Source: a virus
Lineage: Duplodnaviria; Caudoviricetes
Strand: one strand, 5' to 3'
IMG/VR virus record: IMGVR_UViG_3300035698_013504
Span: 64,001 to 128,000 of that record
Length of the DNA: 64,000 nt
Shown here: positions 7,734 through 17,060 of the stretch, one piece after another
Layout of the letters: every line of letters begins with the position of its first letter
How positions within the stretch are numbered: position 1 is the stretch's first letter
The notes under the pieces: model-generated
What the model was told of the DNA's origin: nothing
The model's database searches: none
Seen by the model: only the letters and a program-made list of their open reading frames with translations
Program-made: the position numbers and the translations under genes

Positions 7734-8666
7734 GTGAGTAATGTGGATTGCAACATCTTCAGTAGAGTTAGCGTTGACGCATGGGTTCCCGGCGATTCTG
7801 TTGTCTATTGGAGCCTGCGCCCAGATTTTACCTACACGGGCGACGTCCACTTCTACGTAGACCACGCACGTCCTGGCGGCGATTGGACATGCTTGAACCC
7901 GGAAGACCCGGTGATCAACGCCTGCGCCTTCACCGACGGGGATAAGCGTAACTGGGGTACACAACCGCAGAGTTACTACCGTGTTCGTATGGTGAATCCC
8001 CCGGGCGGAGACACTTACGTATCTCAGCCCCAGTCCATCTTTGGTAACCTCAACCGCAACGACTGGCTGCTCGTACGTGAAGCCGCAAGACAGAAGTACC
8101 TTGAGTACGCTAAGGGTGACGGCCAGCTTGGCTGGTTGCTCAAACGCCGTCGATGGGGCACCGAGTGTCCAGATTGTCTTGACTGGGACACGGGTGAGCG
8201 TACGAACTACAACTGTGACCGCTGTTTTGGTACTGGAATCCTCTACGGGTTCTTTCCGTCCATCGCCGTACCCATGGCTATTAGGGGCCGTGCCCCACGC
8301 CGTAAGGTAACGCAGGAGCAGGTCGGGGTCATGGATCCTAAGACGGTGAAGGCGGAGTGTGTAGCATACCCGATGATCGAGACGGAAGACGTATGGGTCG
8401 ATGCAGATACGGGCGAGCGCTTCTTTATTCAGACAATCGACGTCCAGTCATCCATCCGCGGCGTACCACTTACATACGCGTCTGAGCTTCGCCTTGCCCC
8501 GTATACACACATTATCTACACAATACCGCTGGAGGGCGCGGAGGCCCGAAGTAGCTCTTCCGCTTCCAGCGTCTCGTCGAGCAGCAGCGGCTGGTCTTCA
8601 AGTAGTAGCTCACGAACGCTGGTTCAGCGCGAGTGGCGGCAAGGGTTATCCGACGACGAGTGGTGA
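7734..8666 (+). CDS. head closure/neck protein with Zn-finger
   Basis: RRRWGTECPDC...CDRCFGTG motif as in large-phage neck proteins; C-terminal Ser tract. Confidence 0.55.
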   Translation: MSNVDCNIFSRVSVDAWVPGDSVVYWSLRPDFTYTGDVHFYVDHARPGGDWTCLNPEDPVINACAFTDGDKRNWGTQPQSYYRVRMVNPPGGDTYVSQPQSIFGNLNRNDWLLVREAARQKYLEYAKGDGQLGWLLKRRRWGTECPDCLDWDTGERTNYNCDRCFGTGILYGFFPSIAVPMAIRGRAPRRKVTQEQVGVMDPKTVKAECVAYPMIETEDVWVDADTGERFFIQTIDVQSSIRGVPLTYASELRLAPYTHIIYTIPLEGAEARSSSSASSVSSSSSGWSSSSSSRTLVQREWRQGLSDDEW

Positions 8667-8714
8667 TGACCCCGTCTATTTAGGTTCTTGATCTGATTAC
8701 GAGATGGGCATACA

Positions 8715-8894
8715 ATGAAGAATGAAAAGGCAGGATCGGGTTTGTTCAACTCGACCTACTCCCTTTTTGAGTTCGAGCCGCCTGAGGAAGACGTTGAAAT
8801 GGCCTTATTTGGGCCGCCTCCGGAGCTCGGCGCGGACGAGATTGCTGCGTTACAGCGTAACGTCCGCATGGAAATGCATAAGGAAATGGAATAA
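8715..8894 (+). CDS. possible 59-aa acidic protein
   Basis: ORF MKNEKAGSG...HKEME fills the gap between genes; below the ORF-track cutoff; overlaps a TTGATC-N17-TACAAT promoter-like sequence. Confidence 0.3.
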   Translation: MKNEKAGSGLFNSTYSLFEFEPPEEDVEMALFGPPPELGADEIAALQRNVRMEMHKEME

Positions 8895-8899
8895 GCTCA

Positions 8900-9541
8900 A
8901 TGACGGAGCCCACGTACACATTCGAAGAGGTGAGCGCATTTTGCCAGAGAGGGCCGCGACCCAGATACATTACTGGCGCAATACGCTGGGCTCTAATCGC
9001 TCATTTCTCAAATGAGGACTTTATTGAGCAGGAACAGGTGAAGGGATACGTCTGGAACGAAGATAAAACCCAGTCGAACCTCCTCATCGAATCCGCCCAT
9101 AAGTGGGAAACCGTGGTGACGCAACAAAGACCTGCGCTGATGATAAAGCGCAACGAGGTCAAGCCACGCAAGCTAGGGATTAATCACGGCATGACAACCG
9201 GGATTGATACGACTGGAGACAAGCAATATCAGGGCGACGTGAAGACTTGCGCTATGACAGGTAGTCATACGGTCTTTTGCATCGGCCAGTCGGGAGCAGA
9301 AGCAGAGGCTCTCGGGCAGGAAGTCCTGCAAGAATTGCTTGAGTTCGGACCCGTCATGCTCAACGACATCAACCTAGCGAAATGGGAAGTGGCCGGAATG
9401 GGTGGAATTGCCAAGCTTGAAGAGTCCCGCGAACACTTCGTCGTCCCTGTGACGGCCGCGTGGGCTTACTTCCATAGCTGGCGACTTCGACCTACCGGGC
9501 CTTATCTTCAGAAAATCACTGTTGAGACTAATTCCGTTTAA
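8900..9541 (+). CDS. tail terminator/completion protein
   Basis: size and position directly before the sheath; QRPALMIKR, AEALGQEV pattern. Confidence 0.55.
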   Translation: MTEPTYTFEEVSAFCQRGPRPRYITGAIRWALIAHFSNEDFIEQEQVKGYVWNEDKTQSNLLIESAHKWETVVTQQRPALMIKRNEVKPRKLGINHGMTTGIDTTGDKQYQGDVKTCAMTGSHTVFCIGQSGAEAEALGQEVLQELLEFGPVMLNDINLAKWEVAGMGGIAKLEESREHFVVPVTAAWAYFHSWRLRPTGPYLQKITVETNSV

Positions 9542-9568
9542 TTCCAATTCCTCCAGGAGGAAAGACTC

Positions 9569-12379
9569 ATGCCTAGCTACATTCTTCCGCAGGCGCTGGT
9601 GTATCAGGAGTTCAATGAAACACCTACCGCTATCACCGAGCCGTTGCGTGCCTGTATCGTCGGGCCTCAGTATGACCTGTTCAGGTACGGCACCGCCGCT
9701 GAGAAGGCCCTAACGGACCTCGGAGCCTACGACCCCTCGACGGACACGTGCTACAGTTGGCCCGGTCGCGCTGCGGGTTCGGTCGTCGACACCACGTACA
9801 CGAAGGTCTACATCGACGACGCACTTCTGCAGTACTACCATGACCCTGTGGGCAGCTTGTCCACGGTTGCGTCACCGGCCGGAACGCCTAAGAACCGTAT
9901 TCGTTCCGACACGCTGGCGTTTAAGACGGGTAACGGCACCTCACGTAGCGCCGCCTTCTATGATCGCGACGTTGCTGTTGGTGACGTGATTCAGCTGACC
10001 AGCACCGCCTGTAGCCGTACGACCTCGTTGCTTAGCACGGTCATTGGCCTTGTTGCCGACGAAGTTGCGGACGTCATCGCGAGTCCTCTTGTTTCGTCTG
10101 GTAACCAGGGCACGCTCGTTGCATCGAGCAGCATCTCGCAGTCGGCTGGTACCGTCAGTGACGTATGGGCGGCTATCGACGCGACCTCCTACCTCGGCCT
10201 CTACGATGGCGATCCGTCTGAGACGTACACGATCACCGTTGTTGAAGCTTCGGTAGCCGAAGACGCCACAACCGCCGAACTTTCCGTCGTAAGCACCAGT
10301 GGAAACGATGACGTGGCTCAGGTTACACCCGCCGCCTTCGGTTCGCCGACGACGATCGGTACTCGTGGCTTGACGGTCACCTTTGACAACTCTGGCGCCG
10401 CTGGCGGTAGCTCGAGTTCGAGTTCTTCGGGCGATACCTACCAGGACGACTTCATCGTCGGCCAGGTTTGGGTTGCTGCTGTTCAGGAAACATACGCTGC
10501 CCCCGTCGTGGCCTCGAGTGGCGACTACACCGGCTCTGCCGACGATGTCTACATCATCGAATGCACGACTGGCGGGTACTTCGCAGGTACAAAACCTCAG
10601 GTTACCTGCTACAACGCTAGTGGTACGGACATGAGTGGTCCCACGACAGTGACGACCGCCGTTGCCTTCGCCGCAGGCACCCAGGGCGTGACAGCCACTA
10701 TCACCGGCTCGTACATGAGCAAGGGTGACATGTGGACCGTCGCGGTCACTGCTGCTACGTCTGGCCCCTTCAGAACGCTCGTGTTGGCGAACAACCTCAC
10801 GGACGAGATGTTGGGCGAGTGCAGCGGATGGGATACAGGCAGCTCCAGCTCTTCGAGCTCTAGCTACTCCCCTGGCGATGTAGACCTCAAGCTCTACATC
10901 AAGAAGGATATCCAGGTCACCGAGCAACGCACAGGTGTCCCCGGTACGTACAACTGGACTCAGAGCGCTACCCAGATCTGCACGGAAGATGGAATCACCG
11001 CCTACGACTCCACGTGGGTCAACGGCTCAACGCTTCTTCCGCTGACAGTACAGGGTGGTACCGTCTACGTTGAGTACCGAGCACTTGTTCCGATCGGCGC
11101 CTCGTCTGTCGGTAGTGTCATCGACGTTAGTGAAATTCCGGCCGCTGTCGGTACGATCGACGTTGATAACCCCATCTCTTACGGGGTGTACAAGGCCGTT
11201 AGCAACGCAAACGGTACACCCGTTAAGTATCTCAACATCGCCACCGACGACACTGCCGGTTGGACGAATGCACTTGAGATCCTCAACGGTACGGATCAGG
11301 TCTACGGCCTTGTGCCGGTGACGTGGGACGAAACCGTTCAGGACCTCTTTGCCGCTCACGTGGCCACGATGTCTGCCGCGACCGAAGCCAAATGGCGCAT
11401 GACATGGCTCAGTACTCCCATGGCGTCCACCTACGGCCTCGTCACGACGAACGCAAGCGCCACCACCCTGTTGGCCACGATCGAGGACGATCCTGATGCC
11501 GCGGGTACCCAGTACACACTCCTGACGGGTGTTAACAGCGAGTTCCGCACCGACGCCGTTCGTGCCGGTGACACGGTTCGCTGCAAATACTCCGGTGACG
11601 GTTGGAGTGGTGTCTCTTATGAGGAGTATCTGGTTGACAGCGTTGTCAACGAAGACACCCTTCGCCTTTACAGTGGCCCCTCAACCCCGACGGCTACGCC
11701 CTCTAAGATTGAGATTTGGCGTACCCGTACGAAGGATGAGCAGGCTAGCTACATCGCCACTAAGAGTGGAGCTTTCGCCTCCAGCCGTGTCATTAACGTA
11801 TGGCCGGACTACCCGATCGTTAGTAGCGTATCGGTGGCCGGTTACTACTTGTGCGCCGCGCTGGCCGGGTTGAAGTCCGGTGTTGTGCCTCACCAGGGTC
11901 TGACGGACGTCCAAGTCGCTGGCTTTGACGACATGACTCGCACCACCGAGTACTTCACGTATGCACAGCTCAACACAATGGCCGCTGCTGGCACTTGGAT
12001 CGTTACGCAGGACCCCGACGTTGGTACCGTCTACACTCGTCACCAGTTGACGACGGATATGACGAGTACCAATACGAAGGAACTCAGCGTCACGACCAAC
12101 GTGGACAGCATCAGCTACATTATGAAGTCTGCGTTAGAGCCCTATATCGGCCGAGGTAACGTGACGGACACGATGCTTTCGTTGATTCGTAAAGAGGTTA
12201 CCGACGCACTTGAATATCTGCAGAACAATATTACGGTTGACCGTCTTGGGGCACAACTCAATATCGGATCAATTCGTACCATTGCTCAGCACGCCACACT
12301 GTTGGACAGAATCACGGTCATCGTTGACCTTGAATTGCCGTACCCGCTTAACAACATCGAGGTTCACCTGGTCGTATAA
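9569..12379 (+). CDS. contractile tail sheath protein (936 aa, with inserted domains)
   Basis: AGGAGG SD; C-terminal sheath signature (RHQLTT...ELSVTTNVDSISY...YIGRGNV...PYPLNNIEVHLVV). Confidence 0.85.
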   Translation: MPSYILPQALVYQEFNETPTAITEPLRACIVGPQYDLFRYGTAAEKALTDLGAYDPSTDTCYSWPGRAAGSVVDTTYTKVYIDDALLQYYHDPVGSLSTVASPAGTPKNRIRSDTLAFKTGNGTSRSAAFYDRDVAVGDVIQLTSTACSRTTSLLSTVIGLVADEVADVIASPLVSSGNQGTLVASSSISQSAGTVSDVWAAIDATSYLGLYDGDPSETYTITVVEASVAEDATTAELSVVSTSGNDDVAQVTPAAFGSPTTIGTRGLTVTFDNSGAAGGSSSSSSSGDTYQDDFIVGQVWVAAVQETYAAPVVASSGDYTGSADDVYIIECTTGGYFAGTKPQVTCYNASGTDMSGPTTVTTAVAFAAGTQGVTATITGSYMSKGDMWTVAVTAATSGPFRTLVLANNLTDEMLGECSGWDTGSSSSSSSSYSPGDVDLKLYIKKDIQVTEQRTGVPGTYNWTQSATQICTEDGITAYDSTWVNGSTLLPLTVQGGTVYVEYRALVPIGASSVGSVIDVSEIPAAVGTIDVDNPISYGVYKAVSNANGTPVKYLNIATDDTAGWTNALEILNGTDQVYGLVPVTWDETVQDLFAAHVATMSAATEAKWRMTWLSTPMASTYGLVTTNASATTLLATIEDDPDAAGTQYTLLTGVNSEFRTDAVRAGDTVRCKYSGDGWSGVSYEEYLVDSVVNEDTLRLYSGPSTPTATPSKIEIWRTRTKDEQASYIATKSGAFASSRVINVWPDYPIVSSVSVAGYYLCAALAGLKSGVVPHQGLTDVQVAGFDDMTRTTEYFTYAQLNTMAAAGTWIVTQDPDVGTVYTRHQLTTDMTSTNTKELSVTTNVDSISYIMKSALEPYIGRGNVTDTMLSLIRKEVTDALEYLQNNITVDRLGAQLNIGSIRTIAQHATLLDRITVIVDLELPYPLNNIEVHLVV

Positions 12380-12387
12380 GACCGCTA

Positions 12388-12430
12388 AGGTAGCATGCCC
12401 CCTACAACAGGTGGGGGGCATGGACTACCT
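12388..12430 (+). other. stem-loop between sheath and tube genes
   Basis: AGGTAG-CATGCCCCC / GGGGGCATG-GA-CTACCT inverted repeat. Confidence 0.45.
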
Positions 12431-12450
12431 GTGGAAATGGAGAAGGAACC

Positions 12451-12966
12451 ATGCCTACAGACATCTTTAGCCGAGAGGCCGCTATCGGACAGCCGTATAA
12501 AGCCGAAAGTTCTACGCTGCTTCTTCCTGATAGCGCTACCGCGCTTGTGGTACAGAGTATGAACATTCAGTATCAGCAGCAGATCTCTAGAATCTGGGAG
12601 ATCGGCAGCAATAAGCAATACTTCATTGGTGGCCGGACGCAGGGTAACTTGCAGATGGGCTCCGTTGTTGGGCCTACCGCCATTAATTCTGAGCTGCTGC
12701 GTAATCTAGGTGACGTATGCAAGATTAAAGACGATGACGCTGTTCGCACACAGTCTATTGGTTTTCAGATGGGTAACCCCTGTAAAAGTGATGAAGCTGT
12801 TGCGGCCATCATGTGCTTGGGGTGTGTGTTGACAAGCGTCGGGTTCCGTGTTGCATCTGCTGACATGGTCGTTAACCAGGATATGACGGTCATGTTTGCA
12901 TACCTGAAGCTCTACGAGACGCTGACCCTCCCCACGGGTAATCCGTTCGAGGGTACCACTGCGTAA
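12451..12966 (+). CDS. tail tube protein
   Basis: follows the sheath; QYQQQISRIWEIGS...GRTQGNLQMGSVVG tube-fold pattern; 171 aa. Confidence 0.75.
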   Translation: MPTDIFSREAAIGQPYKAESSTLLLPDSATALVVQSMNIQYQQQISRIWEIGSNKQYFIGGRTQGNLQMGSVVGPTAINSELLRNLGDVCKIKDDDAVRTQSIGFQMGNPCKSDEAVAAIMCLGCVLTSVGFRVASADMVVNQDMTVMFAYLKLYETLTLPTGNPFEGTTA

Positions 12967-13030
12967 CCGTAAATAGCACTCGGGAGAGGGTAACGTAGAA
13001 AGCCATCGGTCTACGGCCTTTCTTCCCTAG

Positions 13031-13072
13031 GGAGGGCGACTGTCGCCGCCAGTCGCCTTCCCAACCTTTCTT
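13031..13072 (+). terminator. probable intrinsic terminator after the tube gene
   Basis: 12-bp stem GGAGGGCGACTG/CAGTCGCCTTCC followed by CAACCTTTCTT. Confidence 0.45.
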
Positions 13073-13089
13073 GGAATTGGAACTGGAAC

Positions 13090-15741
13090 ATGCCCCTAGG
13101 CATATATGGAGACGGCGGAGATGATGCTGGTTCTGCATCCGCGGACGGTTTTACGTCAGTGGTGCCCCAGCCTAGTTCACCGCTCGTGGGAACTGTCAAC
13201 GTTGTACACGGACAGATTCTCGCAGCTTACCCATCCCTGCAGTACTACACTGTGGGTGTTGGCACCAATCAGGTCTACTCTGCCCGCCCACTGGGTAGAG
13301 GCACCCGACATGTTATTGGCGCCACAGACTTTAGCACGTATATGCCCGGGACACGCGTGTACGTACTACTCCCCAAGGATACAAGTGGCGAAGCATTTAT
13401 CCTCGGGTCCTTCGCAGATATGGCGGGCTCCTACTCGAACCTCCTTATGCACCATGTTGTCGCGCGGTCTAGGTGTGGCCTCTACGAAGAAGCCGTGTAC
13501 CGTAAAGACCTCGAAGATCCCAACACGCATGTTGGCAACTATGGATGCGGCGCCCCTTACGATCTCTTGTCCGGCGATTGGGGACATGTGAATGAACTGG
13601 GGCTCATGCACTTCCTGGGTAGGCTCTTCCTCAAGATCCAGGCGAGTGACATCGCAAAGCTCGAGATGTTCTATCTCGACGACCTCGTTCGCCTCACCGC
13701 CTACAACTACGTTGCACGTCACGCATTCATTGAGCACAGCATTCTTGACGACGAAGGTGAAAACTTTGATCTTTGGAGATCAACGCATCTGCCCTGGGAA
13801 GCTCTTGGCGCGAGGATGCGGGGTACACCAACAACGGAAGAACGCACCCCCACAAAAGATTTCGCCGGGCATGAACCTGTACTCGATGCTGATCAAATGG
13901 CGATATGGAGACACCAGCGGTTCGGGGGCTACCTCGGCGAGTTGGAACACGAATTCATAGCATGGCCGCCTGACACCATTAACGTAGAAGCACTAGACCA
14001 GGGTAGGAGCTACCCAGGGCTTCTTGAGGTTATCAAACACGTTGATGGCCGCTTTGCCATTCGGTCGGCCAAGGAAATAACGTTCGAGAAGTACGCGCTG
14101 ATCCCCGTCCCTAAGCAGATCGCTGAGCCAGAAGACCCCTCAGGGGACTCGAGGGAGACGTACAGCGCGTCAAACGTGTGGCCGGGTAGCGATGACTGGT
14201 ATGAGAAGACAGAGTTTCCCTACGCCGACGACACGAGTCCTGCTTCGCGCGCGCCACAGATGTTCGACTATCACGCGTACCTGTTCAACAAGTACTTCGT
14301 TGAAGGGCTGAACAGTCACGAGCGAGACTTTCACTTCGTCAGCGAGTCAGAGGTGTTCGGGGATTCTGGTGTAGGTACGGTATCGGCCGTACATGCCGAG
14401 ACCAAGTCTAGCGGCGACAGCTTCCTCATGGCCATGCCTCAGTCGGTCAGTTTGAATATCGACGAGCGCGGCGGTACCGTCAAGTACTTCATGTCGCGTA
14501 GCTGTATCAAGCAGATGGACGATGGCTCGATCCTGATCGAAGACGGCTACGGCAGCCAGATCATGATGACGGGCGGGTCAATCTTCATGTCCGCGTCGAG
14601 AGACATCTTCCAGATGCCTGGCCGTAACGTAGTGACGTTGGCGCCGCATGACATCATTCAGCGTGCGGGTAATAGCGTTGACGTCACAGCCGCGAAGAAG
14701 GATGTAAGGCTCAAGGCCGAGCGTAACCTGCACATGCTTGGTGGTAACGGTAACCCGCATACCTGTGATGGCGCGGGCGGAATTATCATCGAGTGTCGTA
14801 GCAGCGGCCGCCAAAGCAAGGAACACTTCGACAATAAGATCGGCGAGGAAGTCGACGCGCCCGGTATCCTGCTCAAGGCAGCGAAGAGCAAAATCGCTAT
14901 CCTCGGCAATGAGATGCAGCTGGCGCTAGCGCCGGGCGCTACCGGTAACTTCTCGTTGGGTAGCTACGATAACTCAATGACCATCTTCGGCGAGACGGTT
15001 GAACTGTCAGGTAAGTCACGTGTCCAATTCTTCTGCGGTCGTCGTGGCGCCGATACGCCGGATAAGTCGCTCAACTCTTTCCTGTTGCATCCGCAGATTA
15101 CGTACTCCAACAGGCTCACAGTCATCAAGGGTAACCTTATTTGTACTCACCACGTCATGTTGAACGGGTGGGTCATCGCTAATTCAGGTCTTCATACAAG
15201 GGGGTACGTGCAGGCATACTACTTGATCCACGGTGTACGCACCCGGGGCAAGGTTGGTTTTGGGCCGCGACCCTACCGGTATGACCTCAAGGAGTATACG
15301 GAATACGTTGAGGGCGACATCACAGACTCTAAGGCGGACTTGAAGCAAAAGGAACAGGCCGCGTTCGCCGAAGGTGATGAAGCTCTCGGCAGTGCCGATG
15401 TGTTCCAGACGCTCGGGGTATCGCTTAGGAACGAAGAACAGTATGCTGTAGCAGACGACTTTGTGATATACGAGCCCCGCTGGCAACAGCTTAGACGCGC
15501 TGGCGGCAGCGTAGACGTGTGGTCAGAAGGTACAGTCGAATCTCCCAACCTCGTTGGGACAATGCCCTACCCCGGTAATGAAACTTGGGGTAGGCAAGGT
15601 GCGTACAAGGGTGTAGACATGACAGGTTCCGATTTCTTTGACATTACCGCTGGGACGGCGAAGCAGAAGCCTATAACGGGTGACGCTCCAGAGATGACGT
15701 CAATGACATTGGGCGGCAACTACATCATCACAAAACAGTAA
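13090..15741 (+). CDS. baseplate central spike, gp5/VgrG-C-like (OB-fold plus beta-helix)
   Basis: N-terminal OB-fold pattern (YMPGTRVYVLL...AFILGS); beta-helix repeats (DDGSILIEDGYGSQIMMTGGSIFMSASRDI...). Confidence 0.6.
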   Translation: MPLGIYGDGGDDAGSASADGFTSVVPQPSSPLVGTVNVVHGQILAAYPSLQYYTVGVGTNQVYSARPLGRGTRHVIGATDFSTYMPGTRVYVLLPKDTSGEAFILGSFADMAGSYSNLLMHHVVARSRCGLYEEAVYRKDLEDPNTHVGNYGCGAPYDLLSGDWGHVNELGLMHFLGRLFLKIQASDIAKLEMFYLDDLVRLTAYNYVARHAFIEHSILDDEGENFDLWRSTHLPWEALGARMRGTPTTEERTPTKDFAGHEPVLDADQMAIWRHQRFGGYLGELEHEFIAWPPDTINVEALDQGRSYPGLLEVIKHVDGRFAIRSAKEITFEKYALIPVPKQIAEPEDPSGDSRETYSASNVWPGSDDWYEKTEFPYADDTSPASRAPQMFDYHAYLFNKYFVEGLNSHERDFHFVSESEVFGDSGVGTVSAVHAETKSSGDSFLMAMPQSVSLNIDERGGTVKYFMSRSCIKQMDDGSILIEDGYGSQIMMTGGSIFMSASRDIFQMPGRNVVTLAPHDIIQRAGNSVDVTAAKKDVRLKAERNLHMLGGNGNPHTCDGAGGIIIECRSSGRQSKEHFDNKIGEEVDAPGILLKAAKSKIAILGNEMQLALAPGATGNFSLGSYDNSMTIFGETVELSGKSRVQFFCGRRGADTPDKSLNSFLLHPQITYSNRLTVIKGNLICTHHVMLNGWVIANSGLHTRGYVQAYYLIHGVRTRGKVGFGPRPYRYDLKEYTEYVEGDITDSKADLKQKEQAAFAEGDEALGSADVFQTLGVSLRNEEQYAVADDFVIYEPRWQQLRRAGGSVDVWSEGTVESPNLVGTMPYPGNETWGRQGAYKGVDMTGSDFFDITAGTAKQKPITGDAPEMTSMTLGGNYIITKQ

Positions 15742-15752
15742 GGAGAATACCG

Positions 15753-16562
15753 ATGGCACAAGATTTTACACCTCCAGATGCAGGGCCGGAGAAGAACGTC
15801 GCTCCCGTACAGGATGTAAGCGAACTGCCCCCGAGTGAGCGGCAGCGTTACGACAACCTCTTCGAGCAGCTGAACACGGCCAGCGCAGAGAGCGTTGTGC
15901 GGGGAGACGCAGAGATTCCGTCGGCGCCGGAGCCGGAATTTGCCCCTACTGCGGAGTCTGACGAAAGTCATACGGCGGAGGAGCCAGTAGATGAAGCCGC
16001 GACGTCTGATGACTCTGATAGTCGTACGTGTCAGCGGTGCGGGTTTGACACAACATTAACCGCTTTCGAGCCCGACGAAGACGACAGGAGAGCGTTCGTA
16101 CGTTCCTTGTTGGGCGGCTCGTTGTACGAGAAGGAGTTCAAACTGTTTGATGGGTCCATTAGTGTAAAGTTCCGGGTTAGGACAACCGCGCAGGGAGAGA
16201 TGATTTCGGATCAAATGAACACAGACGTTAATCTCAAGAGGATTGAATCCGACAATATCCAGCGATGGTTTTGGTTCTTTCAGCGTTACCAGCTTGCGTG
16301 TAGTCTTATCTCAATAACGAGAACGCAGGGAGCTGACCAGTCGTGGCAGCCCGTCGATCGTGCTGGTACAAATTATCCAGTAGCCTCCGAAGACGACCCT
16401 CGAGACGTGCTCATGCGGGCGTTTGACGATAAGACCGGCGAATGGCCCCAGCCGCTGCTTCAGGCTATACTGCAGGTTCATAGAACGTTTGAGGAAGAAG
16501 TAGACCTTTTGACGTCGAGGGTCCAAGACTCGGATTTTTGGACGAGCGTTGGAGCTGCCTAG
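15753..16562 (+). CDS. tail assembly chaperone (G-like)
   Basis: AGGAG SD; two genes upstream of the tape measure gene; ends ...DSDFWTSVGAA over a slippery site. Confidence 0.6.
   Translation: MAQDFTPPDAGPEKNVAPVQDVSELPPSERQRYDNLFEQLNTASAESVVRGDAEIPSAPEPEFAPTAESDESHTAEEPVDEAATSDDSDSRTCQRCGFDTTLTAFEPDEDDRRAFVRSLLGGSLYEKEFKLFDGSISVKFRVRTTAQGEMISDQMNTDVNLKRIESDNIQRWFWFFQRYQLACSLISITRTQGADQSWQPVDRAGTNYPVASEDDPRDVLMRAFDDKTGEWPQPLLQAILQVHRTFEEEVDLLTSRVQDSDFWTSVGAA
16532..16539 (+). other. candidate -1 programmed ribosomal frameshift site GGATTTTT
   Basis: 0-frame TCG GAT TTT TGG; the -1 frame is open from 16493 into the 16538-17059 ORF. Confidence 0.5.
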
Positions 16563-17059
16563 CTGTAAGGGCGCATATTGCGGGCGCCCTAGACTTCACA
16601 AGGTTTCAGCGCTATGACGTAACATGGTACGCTGGAGAGACGCTGATCTTCAGAGAGTTGGAGCGACAGTCGTGGTTACAAGTGTACGATCTTCGATATC
16701 GCAAGTATGTAGCGGGGATCAGTGTCGCCAACGCGCCGGAGTTAGCGGAGTTCTATATAAGTGAGTCCACCGAGCTAGCGCATGTCATGGCGAAAGACAT
16801 TCTGCCATGGTTCGAGTGGGATGAACATCTTCCAGAGAAGATGCAGACGCTCGCCGACACATGGAAGAACGAGCAAGCGATTAAAGACTTGCCAGAAGTA
16901 AAAAAGTCCAGAGATGATATACGAGCGGCCCTGCAAGACGAAATAGGCAAGATCGCGTCAAAACAAGCCGCAACTGCCTCACTTAACGTGGCAAGAAAAC
17001 GGAAACAGCAGAAACAAAAGGACCGGATGGGTACACGCAGTACATTAAGGCGAGAATAA
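16538..17059 (+). CDS. tail assembly chaperone extension (T part of a GT fusion)
   Basis: -1 frame overlap with the upstream gene, TTG start without a clear SD, directly before the tape measure gene. Confidence 0.55.
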   Translation: MDERWSCLAVRAHIAGALDFTRFQRYDVTWYAGETLIFRELERQSWLQVYDLRYRKYVAGISVANAPELAEFYISESTELAHVMAKDILPWFEWDEHLPEKMQTLADTWKNEQAIKDLPEVKKSRDDIRAALQDEIGKIASKQAATASLNVARKRKQQKQKDRMGTRSTLRRE

Positions 17060-17060
17060 C

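Noticed and set aside
6519-7964. 481-aa minus-strand ORF
   Set aside because: Shadow of four SD-bearing + strand genes with recognisable structural motifs; no motif of its own
8722-9015. 97-aa ORF as a leaderless gene from the TTGATC-N17-TACAAT promoter-like site
   Set aside because: Overlaps the terminator-protein gene by 116 nt and has atypical composition; the 59-aa ORF in another frame fits the gap better, and neither is well supported
9941-10927. 328-aa minus-strand ORF
   Set aside because: Antisense shadow within the sheath gene
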